Notes: generated by a model from the sequence alone, not told the origin. Shown: positions 37,901 to 50,837, numbered from the stretch's first letter. The stretch: 64,000 nt of DNA from Azolla caroliniana (GCA_043228905.1 JBHGNT010000008.1:15934001-15998000); one strand, 5' to 3'. Made by a program: numbers and translations.

Positions 37901-40900
37901 GAAAGAAGGAAATAGAAGATCTTCTGCACAAAACAGAAACCCACCTCCTAACTCTCAGCGCTCTCATCCCTCCCCTCCCTCACCTTCTCCTCCATCCTAT
38001 CACAGAGCTCAAGCCCACCGCAACTACCAATCTCCTCCCCACCAGCCTACTCTAACTATGCCGATCTTTATCTCTACCGCCTTACGTCGATGGCTCGTGG
38101 AGAAACACTTGGATGGGTACATCAGGGTCGCAGAGGCACCTCCACACCCGGATGCGTTGGACATCGCCAGAAAGCTGAATATCGACACGGTCACCAACTC
38201 TTTGATCCGGAAAAAGTTGGACCTGTCATCACTAGGTGAGAGGCATTTCGAAATCCCTCCTGCAGAGTCGTTGCAGAGATATTTCGGCCCATATTCCTCC
38301 TCCGCCAAGGCCTATAGAACGAAGCAGATCCCGGATCCCTTTTTCCGTGAAGTCGCCAAGTTCCTATTAGAGGTCAGATGCGTACACGTAAACGCATATG
38401 GGATGCCCAAGCAGAAGGCATGTATCATTATTGATACCTTTGAAGGGCGTGCGGTCGATTGGGGAGTCATCACGGGGCCGACGTTAAGGGAAGGCCTGGA
38501 TGCGTATCAAGGAGGCAAGAAGCTCAGGCTGATCATACAACAGTACATGATGATGCTATTCCCACCTCGAGGCCTACTGGCACCGCAACCCAGTAGACCC
38601 ACGCCTCTGCCCCGATCCGCGAAGCGCAGGTTAGCGGAGTTAGCTGCCACAGAGTGGGAGGATGAACCCCAACCTGCCCAACCGGACACACAGACAATGC
38701 CGGAAGAGCAGGCGGCGCGCTCCGCGGAAGCGGCACCAGAGCCAGACGCCAAATCACGGCAGGATAGCCCCAAACCGAAACGGCGGAGGCTGGACATGAA
38801 GGATGGGTGGGATTAGTTAAAGACGTACCCACAGCAGCAAAGCTCATGGAATTCTTGGCAACGCAACAGATAAAGGCCTCACAACAAATGGCCAAGGAGC
38901 ACGCGGAGCACCAAATGATCGAGTGCGCCTTAACACAAACGACAAAGAGCGACGATGAGGACCGGTTAGCCAGAGTCGGCAGACGGAGGAACGCCGATAT
39001 ACGCCGAGTGGGGATGGAGCTACCCCCATTAAACACGGCCCTAGTCGAAGTCTGTAGAGAACTGGCAAAGGTCAGCATGAGCGCCAAGGAGATGGCCATT
39101 AAAAATAAGAATGTTTGGAAGAAGGTGAAACTGACCCAAGCCGAGCTGCAAAAAGCCAACGAACGCATCGCGGAGTTGGAAACTAACGCGACTATAGTGC
39201 AACAAGCAACTCCACCACCAAACCATGCGATCGAAGCCTTGAAGGAGGAGATTGAGGCTCAGACCGCCATTGCCTCAAAAGCAAAAAGGGCCGCAGAACT
39301 AGCGGAATCAGAAATTGACCGCCTTCGCGCTGAACTTCGCCAATCCTCAGACAGGGAAAAGGACATCCGGGCCAACGGCCAAAAGGCAGTAAAAACCCTT
39401 GAAGAGAAACTCGTTGTGGAGGCAGCACAACACACCTAGACAAAAGAAAGAAATGCCCAATTACGGGAAGAAGTGAAGAAATCGGAGGCGGCAATGGCTG
39501 GACTCCGGACCTTATTGGAGAAAAAGAAGGTATGGTTCGACGAGCAGCTGGTGGGCGAACAGGAAAGAAGGCATCAACTCGAAATCCGCCCAAACAATGA
39601 AATGGGGAAATTAGAAGAACTCCATAAAAAGGAATTCTAGCCGTGGGCGGGCCTGAAGAGCACGTACGAAGAAGCGGTGGCAGTTAGTCAGCAAGAAATT
39701 GCAAACCTCAAGAAGTCGGTGGAAGAAGCACGCAACCGTTGCCAAGCCATCATAGACAACGTGTGTATCCTTCTACAAACGAATTGGGAGAGGTTCACAA
39801 TGCAATTTAAAACGGTGCTAGACAAAGGATGGATGGTGTGGGCAGCCCAAGTGGCGGAATTGCACGCGTATCGTGCGGACTGGGAGAACCGACGAAAAGG
39901 CGGCCGAGGTTTCTATAAACTCAATGAGGAGAGCATTGCGGCAGTATGCGAGGACCTAACACAGGACTATCGCGTGCTAGCAGACCAACATTCCAAAGAA
40001 CTCGCGCAACTATTAGATGATTTTGGTGAAAGCCAGGAGGAGCTGTTTCACTAGATGACACAAGCCGGCAGCACGCCAACAAATGAAGAATCCATCGCGA
40101 CACCAATTCTGGACACTGCCGAAGAAGAGGAACCTCAGGCCAGGTCACCAGAAATTACAACTATGGTGAACAACGCGGGACGACGAGCAGAGTCCCCCAC
40201 ATTACCAGACAACGATACCGCTGCCCAAGAGGAACCCCATTTACCGCTATCGACCGACCACATGGATAATGTTACGGACCAAGTGGAACCGCAACCCCAC
40301 TCCCTAGAGCGTACAACGACGGACGACACCACGGAGGAAGTGACGGATGAGACGGAGCCGCGACCGACTGCAAGCCCAACCCCCTAGCCCAAGAAGAGCC
40401 CATAGAATCCGGACCGCCCACACAGGATGATCGCGACACCAGGAGAAGCCCTCCCGACCAAACAGGGGAACTACACCACGATGCACCTATGGGCCCTACG
40501 CCGTCCCCGGACGCGGACACCTTATCAGAGCCAAAAATTCGGGCCATTTTGGAAGAAGATTAACGGGATGGGTCCGACGTGCCAGGTGTTGTCCGCCAGA
40601 ATAGTAATCGACAGACAAGAGCGTAGGAATAGGGAATAGTATAAGATTGTAATGCATGTAACGGTTCACGCGGGAAGCGTGAACGGCTAAAAGACCCTGC
40701 GTATATAAAGGGCAGAAAACCTCTGATAGAAGTAGCGTGTAATTTTGGAATGTAAAGAAGCGTATCGTAATAGAATTCTATCTTCTCTGATATCTGTGTA
40801 TAGCTACGGCTAATCTACTGTGTGCTTGTAACACTTGAGAGTGTAGAAGTAAGCCACGGTGAGTGTGTAGCCACTGTTAAGGAGCTCGGTTGTAGCTGTC

Positions 40901-41034
40901 TCCCTTATACACTGCTAGGGTACATGGAACATTCCCCTACGTATTACGCAGAGACGCTATCGTTCATTGTCACATAGTCACTTGGAGGTCTAGGTCGAAG
41001 GACTGACCGTAGATTGTGTTCCTAATCGGTAACA
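31937..41034 (+). mobile_element. Complete but decayed non-chromovirus Ty3/gypsy element with extra 3' ORF
   Basis: LTRs 31937-32370 and 40587-41034 (TGTTGTCC...GGTAACA), TSD CTAAC, Arg-type PBS TGGCACGC. Protease CVIDGSSGVN, RT FLDDF, RH FIDASD, INT ISDQGSHF and a GPY-like motif. Multiple stops. Confidence 0.95.
38058..40387 (+). pseudogene. Extra sense ORF between integrase and 3' LTR (globular N-terminal domain, long coiled coil, acidic tail), frameshifted
   Basis: Consecutive ORF pieces 37827-38816, 38807-39439, 39677-40054 and 40055-40387 lie inside the element. E/K/A/Q-rich heptad-like stretches, no obvious TM helix. Confidence 0.7.
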
Positions 41035-42595
41035 CTAACAACCGACTGGGCCGTGGTAAAGAGAGTCTGCGGCCATTTTGACAAACGGCGTGAGTGGGTC
41101 GATAAAGGCTTGACGGGGGCGGGTTCTGTTGCGACAAGGAAGGTCGAGGTACCCCCACCGACGCAAAGGGAAGAGACCTGAGACTGGCTCGAGACTGGCT
41201 CAACTTCGACTAGCATGGTCAAAGGCTCATCCAGAGGGGCAGCTCTGGAGGAGCTGACTCAAATGGTGAGGGACCTCAAGATTGCACAAGCACGGAGGGA
41301 CGGCGTCGAACAAGTCTGTGACCGAAGGCCTCCGGCTGGGAACCGGTGCTTGTGGTGCGACGCGGTCGGCCACGCCCGAAGGGACTGCGAGGACTTCCCC
41401 GAAGCGATAAGAGGTAACGTTGTGTACATATGGAACGGTCGGGTGCATGCTAGCAAGACCCAAAGGGCCCTGGATCTGAATGTCAGACGAGGAGGTATGA
41501 AACGACTGATGGAAGATGTGGCGGCTCGCCACGCAGAGACCGTCCACTACTTAGCGTCGGCTGGAATCCGGGTCAGAAGCGATGAAGTCCGGAAGACGAA
41601 GGAAGCCGGATTCTGGCCATTGATACTGGAAGGCCTCGTTGGCGTACGGTTGAGGAAAGAGGAAGCGGACCACGCAGAAAGACAGGTTCGGGAGGCAACC
41701 GGGTGGAGTAACCCGGTCGAAGAGAAGACGGGCTTCGTTGAAGCCGCTTGCCAAAACTACAAGTTTTTGGTGGAGCACAAGCGTGCGGGTAAGACCGGAG
41801 GGGCCGGACCCTCACAACGGTATGAGACCTGGTTCAGGCAAAAGTAGAATGATGCTGGCACGATCAGCACACCAAATAAAGCCAAGAGGGCCGGGTACCG
41901 ATTGAGCATGGAGATCGAGAGGACCACGGACCTGCAAAAGGTCCTCGAGGAACGTATCCTTGATAGCAAAGTGGAGCTGTCACTGAGGGAAGTGCTCAAA
42001 ATTGCCAAGAAGGAGTTCCACGACTCCATTGTGGACTTGGTGAAGTGGAAAAGGCTTTCGACAGAGCCGGAGCCGGAGAAGCCGGTGGAGGTGCGAACGA
42101 CGCACCTAGAAGACATGGCTCTAGAAGACGAGTTGGCGTTGTGCCACTATTCAAGGCCACATTGGGCCAGAGCAACCACGGAGACCCCCGTGAAGATCGG
42201 AGATGTTCAGGAGCTGGTGGTGGCATTGGTGGACCATGGTTCAGAAATCAACTTGATGTCCACGAACTTCTACAAGAAGGGGAAGTGGCCGATCAATACA
42301 AGCACGGGTGGAAAATACGGGCAGCAACGCACGCCATGGTAGAGCTGCATGGAGCCTGCCCGAATGTACGAGTGAAAATAGCCGATGTCGAGATTGATCA
42401 AGACTTCTTCGTGCAGGAGACGTCCTCGCATCTGGTTATACTCGGGGAACCGTACATCACGGAGACAAAGGTGCTGGACAACGGTTCGGCATATGCACGA
42501 GTCAAGAGCCAGGACGGGCGTCACTCGGTCCAGTTCCTGACGGTGCGAACGAACCATGAGTGTAACCGTGAGACCCTCGATGGCGAAAACCGAGG

Positions 42596-42650
42596 GGATT
42601 TTTAGAGAGGGCTATCAAGACGAGGGGCCACAATAGTCTGGACACCCCGG
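42596..42650 (+). promoter_or_regulatory. Candidate -1 programmed ribosomal frameshift signal at the gag-PR/pol junction
   Basis: Heptamer G GAT TTT (42596-42602) directly precedes the TAG ending the protease ORF. The -1 frame is open from 42572 into the pol ORF. A stem and possible pseudoknot start 6 nt downstream. Confidence 0.6.
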
Positions 42651-43150
42651 AAAAACCCTACAGATGTACTATAGGCAAAAAGACCCGTACCATAGGTAGG
42701 AAATTATGGTTCTCCTATAGCGGAGGTTGTACGATACCCGGCGTAGTTGGCCGGGAAAAGAAGCGGGTGGGGGAGCGACTTCGGGCATGCGGAGTCCTTG
42801 GCCCGGAAGAGGAAATCAACGGAGCCATGGAGGCGGTCTCTTTCGACGACACCTTAGGGAAGTTACGGGAGGTGTTCAAAGAAGGCCTTAATGAGGATTG
42901 GACGATTTCGGTAAGTTTGGGAAGGATGTACGAAGTCATAGCCGACTTCGGTAAGGGACTCGAGTCGGATCGGACGGCCCAAGTGGATACGAAGTACAAG
43001 ACTATGGACCGGAAGATGAGGCCAGTTGCGGCACCCTTGCCGGAGGGCAGTGATTTACGGATAAAGGGGGTCGCGTCGGACCCAAGTTTGCGAGATCTGG
43101 CCAGCATAGGACACACGTTCACCGACATAATGCTGCGGGAGCTCAAGATC

Positions 43151-44857
43151 GGTTGCAAATGGGTGTATTAGGTAAAGTACAATGCCGATGGTTCGGTTAA
43201 CTGGTACAAGGCCTGGTTAGTAGCGAAGGGATATGCACAGACCCACGCAATCGACTACGACGAGACATGCGCTCTGGTAGCGAAGATGACGACGGTTCGT
43301 GTGGTATTGGCGGTTGCTGCGGCAAGGGGGTGGCATCTTCACCAAATGGATGTGAAGAATGTGTTTCTTCAAGGTGACCTTGAAGAATGTGTCCATATGA
43401 TTCAACCTCTAGGTTTTCAGTCAGAGATGAACAAGTTAGCGGTGTGCCGGCTTAAGAAGTCACTTTATGGTCTGAAACAAGCCCCCTGAGCTTGGAATGG
43501 GAAGATCAAGCACCGGTTATATAAGATAGGGTTTGTGACCTCTAAATCCGACTCATCATGGTCTGAAACAAGCCCCCCGAGCTTGGAATGGGAAGATCAC
43601 ACACCGGTTATATAAGATAGGGTTTGTGACCTCTAAATCCGACCCATCATTGTTTATCCGGCAAGGTTCGGACGGTCCAGTTTGCATCTTACTTTATGTA
43701 GATGATTTAGTCATCACCTAACCAGGACTCAATGAAATCAGCCGTGTCAAGGCCCAGTTGTTGAACGCATTTGAGATGAAGGACCTGGGGGACCTTCATT
43801 ATTTCCTTGGGATTGAGGTGATGCGAACCCCCAACAACATATTGCTCTCACAACGACACTATGTGTTGAATATGTTGTACAAGTTCGGCATGACAGAATG
43901 CCGACTTGTCTCCACACCCCTGGACCGGAACTAGAAGCTCCATCCCAACTCCGAACCAGCCTGCGATGAGTAACGGTTTCGACAAATTGTCAGAAGCCTG
44001 ATGTACTTGACAATGACCCGACCCGACATCAGTTATCCGGTCGGTGTGATCAGCCATTTCATGTAGAAGCCAACCGTGGAGCACCTTCAATGCGTGCATC
44101 GAATATTGCGATATGTGAGCGACACGAAGGACCGATGTTTGTTATACCGACATGGTATAACTAAAGAGCTAGTCGGATACACAAATGCCGACTAGGCTGG
44201 TGATGCATCGGATCGCCGATCCACCTCCGGTTACATGTTTTCTCTAGGTAGCGCGACTGTTGCGTGGAGCAGCAAAAAGCAGCCAAAAGTGGCTCTGTCG
44301 AGCATTGAGGCTGAGGATCGGGGCACTACCAATGCTACTTGTGAAGCCATCTGGCTTCAGAGATTGCTGCAAGATCTCTGGATCGATGTGTCGACCCCAA
44401 TCCTAATCTACTGTGACAACATGAGCAACATACAGCTCGCCAAGAACCCTGTGTTCCATGCTTGAACAAAGCACATAGAAGTGCATTATCACTTCGTGCG
44501 TGAGCGGGTCCTGAGTGGTGAAGTCGAACTTCGGTATGTTCAGACGGATCGGCAGGTTGCCGACATCTTCACCAAGAGAGGGAGTGTTGAGTGAGCAAGC
44601 TCAATCGGATCCAGATTGGTATCTGGAAACAACCAGCCAGATCGGGGAGATAGATCGGAGAGCCAGATTCGTGCGGGAACTCGAAGCCTAGTAATAGCCT
44701 AGACTACTAGGTAATCATTGTCTCGTAGATAGTGTCAGTCACACGTAGGAATATTGAAGTACCTGTCAGTACTTTATGGACTTGTATAAATAGTGTTGTT
44801 TAGCACGATGTATGTACAGAGTTTTCAGAGTGTTATTTTGAATTGAGTTTATGTTCT

Positions 44858-44892
<35 letters not shown>

Positions 44893-45017
44893 CTGTCTCT
44901 CTCTCTCCCACGCTTATTCTCTATGTATTAAGCTTCTCCATTAAACCTTCATCTTATTCTCTGTTGTTATCTGGCTGAGCCAGTTTTTTCTTACGCTTCC
45001 GCACGTTAACATCTACA
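43151..45017 (+). mobile_element. Ty1/copia RT-RH remnant with 3' LTR 44585-45017
   Basis: GCKWVY, HQMDVKN, LYVDDL and ADIFTK motifs with many stops. About 92-bp tandem duplication at 43469-43650. LTR TGTTGAG...ATCTACA. Confidence 0.88.
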
Positions 45018-45689
45018 GATTCTCTGTTACATTAAACCTTCATCTTATTCTTGTTGTGTTCCCTCTTTGCCTGATTTTCGTTGTTGTTTCCCTACGACCT
45101 CTGAACTCTGTATACGCAGATATTGTTTTTTCTCCTCTATGCTCATTGTTCTTGCTGTTGATGTGCTTTCTTTGAACTCTGTGTATGCTCATTTGTCTCC
45201 TGTGCACGACCTCGTCAACAACCTCTTGCATATAGGTGATTTCTTTGGCTTGGTGTGCACCCAAGGTGAAGACATCAAAACGGTGTGGTACCTCTACCTC
45301 GACCTTTGCTTGCATCGTTCCATCTACAACTTGTACGACCTCCAGGTATTCACTGTGCTGCATTTACGGTTTAGGGTTTGATTATTCATATTCTCTGTGC
45401 TGCATGTCCAACTATGTTTTCGTATTCTTTGTGTTTCATGTCCGTCTGTTTTTATTTTGTGTATGTTTGACATGGATGAGCTTTTGTCTGATTGTTTAGG
45501 GTTTGTGTGTACATGCAACTTAGATTGAGTTGGCTACGATGATTTGCTGGTTTAGGGTTTGTTTAGGGTTTGTGTTCGACATGGCTTGTACATGCAACTT
45601 AGATTGAGTTGGCTATGATGATTTGCTGGTTGTTGATGGTATTTTGATGAGTTTTCTTCTTATACACACATATTCTTGCAACAAGAATA

Positions 45690-46985
45690 GGGAAGATCAG
45701 GACAATGACGAGAAGGACACCCATAAAGAAGACATTGGTGAAAGAGAAAGTGAAGACACCAGTGAAGGAAAGAAAAAGGACGCCTATCAAAGAGAGCAAG
45801 AAGACACCCACAAGAGAAAGGGTGATGAACTCATCAACTCAGACGAAGAAGATGTGCCACTCCATCATTCGAGACACACCTCTCGGATGGCATTATTTCC
45901 TTCGAGCACGACCTAAAGTTTATGAAGAATTGACAGAGTGGTTCATAAAAACCTGGGGGGTTACCTCATCCCGATACAAGGCGAGGATTCCACATAAGTG
46001 GGTTGAAGAAGGAATATGTGAACTTATTGAAGACAAGATATGAACATGTTTATGATACTAATCAAATCTGTAACAATGAGGTGGGTACTGTTTTTGCATG
46101 TGCATTTGCATGTGAAGTTCAGGGTGGCATCGATGTAGATTGGGAAGATTTTAATCGTCATCGATCAGAACATTATAGAGGGTCCTCTAGTACCAACACT
46201 GGCTTGAAGTCGTCGGGAACCTCTCATGTGGATATTCCGGCTACGACACCTGTCCACCAAGTTCAATCTGCAAAACTAAGGGCCACAATGACTGAAAAGC
46301 ATGAGCAGATGATGGCCGGTTACATAGCTTCCATGAGCTCAAGAATACAAGCACTACTTGTTGATTTGGAAGCAGTTAAATAAGTTGAGATACAGGCAGA
46401 AAAGCAATTCTCTTCAATAAAGACTACATATGAATGGATTGCTTCGACAATCCAAAATTTAAAAAGTGAGGTGTTGAAAGAGGAGTTGAAGAAAGAGCTG
46501 AACAATATGGGCACTCAATTAAGATCACAGATGAGAGACTTGATACTTGCAGAAATGCACATTGAGAACTACATAATAAGTTGTCAGCTTTAAAGTTGCA
46601 TTCTGAGAACCTTGCGTGCTTGATGCAGAATTTAAAACAAAAAGGTTTTGAAACTTTGTGTCCATCTATAATTGAGCACCCAAGTGGTATGGAAAGTACC
46701 ATTACTAATATAGCTAAATCACGGTATTGGCTTTATAAGTTATTTTATTTTACTTTTGTGGTATAAATATCATATTAGCTAATATATTATAACTAGTGTT
46801 TGCAAACTGCCAGGTGTATATTTTGTGGCCTCGGATTCAAGCTTGAGGCTATGGATGTTGTGATTACGTAGTGCTTGCTCACATATCATGTACTATGTGC
46901 TAAGTATCATTTTGAGAAAGAAAATACATGTATGGACTGTAAAACTATAGTTGCAGCTGAATGGTACTATGCTTGGGGTTTAAAA
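45690..46985 (+). pseudogene. Decayed multi-exon gene: acidic region, conserved-looking domain, coiled coil and C-terminal RING-like zinc finger
   Basis: Pieces GWHYFLRARPK...FACAFACEVQGGIDVDWEDF, a coiled coil at about 46280-46640, GT-AG intron 46724-46813, then CIFC-x15-C..TYHVLC-x10-CMDC...WYYAWG. Stops and frameshifts present. Confidence 0.55.
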
Positions 46986-47199
46986 GTACACTTGTACGGT
47001 ATGTGCCTCTACTATTCTATTGTTTGTATTATATGATGTCAATTTACATTTGGTTTAGAACAGTTGTAGGCCACAATTCATACTTCAAATTAGGAAAACA
47101 ATGGGTTAGTACTAGTGTACCTCCAACAACTAATATATGGAACCCTAATTATGTGGGTTAGTATTGGTGCATTCATCACATCCTGATAGGTGTGTAGTA

Positions 47200-48180
47200 C
47201 TCTTAATATATAATTAGCATGGGTAGTTGAATGGATACTTTCCAGAATTAGTACTATTTGAGTAATTTGGGAACCAGGTGTGACATTGTTCGGGATTGGT
47301 ACTAGTTATGTAATTTGAGAAGGTATGTAGTACACTGTTAACGATTAGTACTAAACGTGTAATTTGGGAATTAGGAGTGTAGAACACATATCATGATTAG
47401 TACTACTTGTATGCAAAATACTAGTTTAGTACTAAAGAAGGAAGTTGTTTAGATGTATTTGTTGGATAAGTTGTTCGTCCACTCTATATTACAACTTGCT
47501 CAGTACTAGTTTAGTACACACTATACTTGTAGTACTTTGTTCACTATTGGTACTATTTTTGTAATTTGGGAATTAGTTGTGTAGTACATTGTTCACGATT
47601 AGTACTAGTTATGTAATTTGGGAACAAGGTGTCTAGTAAATTGCTGAAGATTAGTATTGTTTGTGTAATTTGGAAATTAGGTGTGTCAAACACATATCAT
47701 GATTAGTATTACTTGGGTGCAAAATACCACTTTAGTACTAAAGTAGGGAGTTGTTCACTTGGAGTACACTATTCACTATTAGTACTATTTCTGTAATTTG
47801 GGAATTAGTTGTGTAGTACATTGTTCACGATTAGTACTAGTTATGTAATTTGGGAACAAGGTGTGTAATAAATTGTTGAAAATTAATATTGTTTGTGTAA
47901 TTTTGGAATTAGGTTCGTAGAACACATATCACGTTTAGTATTACTTGTGTGCAAAATACCACTTTAGTACTAAAGTAGGAAGCTGTTTAGATGTATTTGT
48001 TGGATTAGATGTTAGTCCAATCTATATTAATTACAACGTGCCTAGTACTAGTGTTAGTACACACTATACTTGTAGTACATTGTTCACGATTAGTACTAGT
48101 TGTGTAATTTGGGAACTAAGTGAGTAGTACATTGTTCATGATTAGTGCTAGTTGTGTAATATGGGAATTAGGTTTATCCT
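47200..48180. repeat. Degenerate about 50-bp satellite with higher-order structure
   Basis: Recurring GTAGTACATTGTTCACGATTAGTACTAGTTATGTAATTTGGGAA. Larger blocks with GCAAAATAC recur at about 47413, 47719 and 47951. Confidence 0.85.
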
Positions 48181-48279
48181 AATGATTTAGTAATGTAGCT
48201 CTTGTGACCTACATTGTATTTTGTATATCATGGTACTAACGTTGAAGGTGTTTTTGTTTCTTGCAATGAATGTTGTAGT

Positions 48280-49622
48280 GTCAAGCAACTCCACGCCAGG
48301 GAAGGTAATGGAACAACCAGCTCTTGTGCGTAAACCCTCAGTATCTGCTGCACATTCCAAGGTTCAGGAACCTTCATTACCAGTAACCTATGAGTTTTAT
48401 GATGAAGATGAATGTATGAGAAGGGCCATTGGAGTAGTGGAACATATGCTTCTACAAACAAATTCCCCAAGCTTCGATCAACATCACAAAAATCCAGGTA
48501 ACACAATTTGAGTTAGCATATCTTATTTCTCATTTGTGTGTATGTTGAATGACTAATGTCTTTAAAAAAGAGCCCTCTAAGAAGAGGAATGTTGCAAGAA
48601 AGTTGTATGGAAAGGGCAAGAAAGGTAGAGTTGAATGCAATGGTGAGTCATATATGTTCTCACATGTCTGGAGAGTTGTCAACCTAATGCATTGTCTAAT
48701 ACCATGTACTTGTGCTACTAGCTGATGACAAAATGATCTTTGGTGAGGGAGATACGAGTCCAAAGCCTGATCATGAAGACGAATTTATCACACTCCCAGG
48801 TACACATCAAAAGCCCTCTAAGAAAACAATGAGTTAGATCATAACAACCCTATTATAGTGGTGCTTTTGGTGCATCCTATAGATACTATTATGAAATCTT
48901 CTATTGACAATGAGCTCCAACCTGCGATTGGCACCGTCCCTAAATCTGATGAACACTTAGATGTTGTGGAGAAGATGACTGAGCTTACCACTTGCAATGG
49001 GTTGTCTACAGCTGTACAATATGACGATGTAACAATAGGTAAAAATGTGGCTATTAACCCTATGTTCATAGTTACTTGTATGTTTGCAAACTTTTGAGTA
49101 TGTGAGTTAATACTAATATTCTCTGGGATCCCATTATTTAGGTTTACAAGAGCAGTCTGATTCCCAAGTGCAATCAAATGAATCGGGAACTATATCGAGC
49201 ACAAGTGCAGAGTCAGATTTTGGGATTAACCTTTGCACGGAGGCAGACTCTGGAAGCACATCTTCCACACATGAGAACAGTGAAAAGAAGGAAGCATTCA
49301 TATTTTTGTCTAAAGAAGCCCATGAGGAGTGTGGAAAGAATATCGCTAGTATTGAAGAGGAGTTTGATTGTACTGAGAACGATCATACTAGCATCACCCA
49401 TGAGGACCAGGCAATAAAGACCACCCAAGAAGGAGAGCACAGTTGTCTTAAGAATGAGGTGACAGCCACCGTACAAGAGGAGTTGACTATGAGTACTGCC
49501 ACAACCCACATACAAGAGCCTAATTGTACTAAGAACAAGTATACTAGCATCACTGATGATGATAGGGAAATAAAGACCACACAAGAAGGGGAGCACAATG
49601 GTCTTAACAGTGAGGTGACAAT
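48280..49622 (+). pseudogene. Further exon-like, acidic S/T/E-rich coding remnants, cut by the LTR at 49623
   Basis: ORF pieces 48221-48511, 48858-49097 and 49168-49647 with GT/AG-flanked gaps, plus an internal about 53-aa duplication (CTENDHTSIT...EVT / CTKNKYTSIT...EVT). Confidence 0.35.
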
Positions 49623-50797
49623 TGTTGTCCAGAGGATAGAAATGTAAAATTAGGAAATTAGCAAACGCCGAGTCCGAGTATCACGGGCCACCGACGGCTC
49701 GACTGTGTATTAGGGGAAAAGTTATTTAAACGAGGACCAGTACCTCAGAGGAGGGGGGAGAAGAAAAATATAGGCAGAAGCACTAGCTGAGCCCCTCGTA
49801 ACTAGATAATCTTGTAAGGTCACCAGCCGTAGGCCGTGTTCTGTAATCTTTTCTGTCGCAATAATATATTTGAATTGTGCCCAGTTTGCTCCATGTGTCC
49901 GTGCTTTGATTCATACCTATGATTTGAGCGCCGCCCACGCCTGCCAAGATCTCGTTAGTGTTTTCTCTCTGAGCACTGTCTCTCTCTCGATGCCTATGTT
50001 ACGAACCTTCACGTACCACGCCCTTGAATACCGATAGCCGCAGATCTATCGAAGGTGTTCACCCAAAGAAACGGGCAACACAATTTGGCACGCCCAGTTA
50101 CAACTGTGAGTGCACAGCGAACTTCATTGAAGGTAACCACCAGCTGCCGTTACGGCGCCCTCTCGCACCACGAGGTCTCGGCCACCCACCCGACGCCCTG
50201 AGCCAGTCGAAGGAACTTCCGACTCGGCGGTCACTGACCAATCCTTTCCCGAGCAATCGGAGGCTTCCATAGTGCAATCCTCGCCACCGGACACTCGATC
50301 GCGAGTTGATTCACCACCAAAACCCCCGTTGAGCCCTCCGGAGGTCAATCAACCGGAACTAAACCCTTTTCCGGTGCTACCAGAAGACCCAAAGTACGAC
50401 ATCATGCCGTACCCATACCCACGATACACCGACGGACTAGACGCGGAGTCACACATCCGTGCCGTCATATCCACGTGGCAGGCCAACCACTCAACACACC
50501 GCCTCACGCCAGCTGAGATCGATGCCTCAAAGATTGCCGAGTTCACACTCTCCCTCGATGGACCGGCCGCACGATGGTACTCTCGCCTCGAAATAGGAGA
50601 GGCCACCACTTTCCAAATCGTGCGCACAAAGTTCCTTGAACTTTTTCATCGCGAGGTGCCTAAATGGGAACTGCTTCGGCAATTCTTCTCTATATGCTAG
50701 GAACCACACGAAACGGTTGCAGTTCACGATCTGGTTCCAGGATCTCTACACACAAGTGGCCGATGATGTCTCGGCACAACATATACCGGTCACTTTC

Positions 50798-50837
50798 TGT
50801 AAACGTAAGTGTTTGCGGAAGCGTAAAACAGAGAACA

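Larger units (their letters stand above)
30752..43150 (+). mobile_element. tRNA-Trp-primed Ty3/gypsy element (LTR about 30752-31344, gag-protease, start of pol), split by the 31937-41034 insertion and truncated at about 43150
   Basis: LTR (A)GTCACG...CGTGACA. PBS TGGTGAACCCGACGTGAA at 31349 is complementary to the plant tRNA-Trp 3' end. gag GRFGGKDATSYL resumes after TSD CTAAC. Knuckle CLWCDAVGHARRDC, protease ALVDHGSEINLM, pol leader KYKTMDRKMRPV. Confidence 0.88.

Noticed and set aside
45370-45572. Interstitial telomere
   Set aside because: Only isolated TTAGGGTTT units (telo-box-like), not a tandem telomeric array.
45705-45830. TPxK-repeat (CDK-site or histone H1-like) protein
   Set aside because: Probably an alternative frame of the acidic low-complexity exon. 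The correct frame cannot be fixed because of frameshifts.
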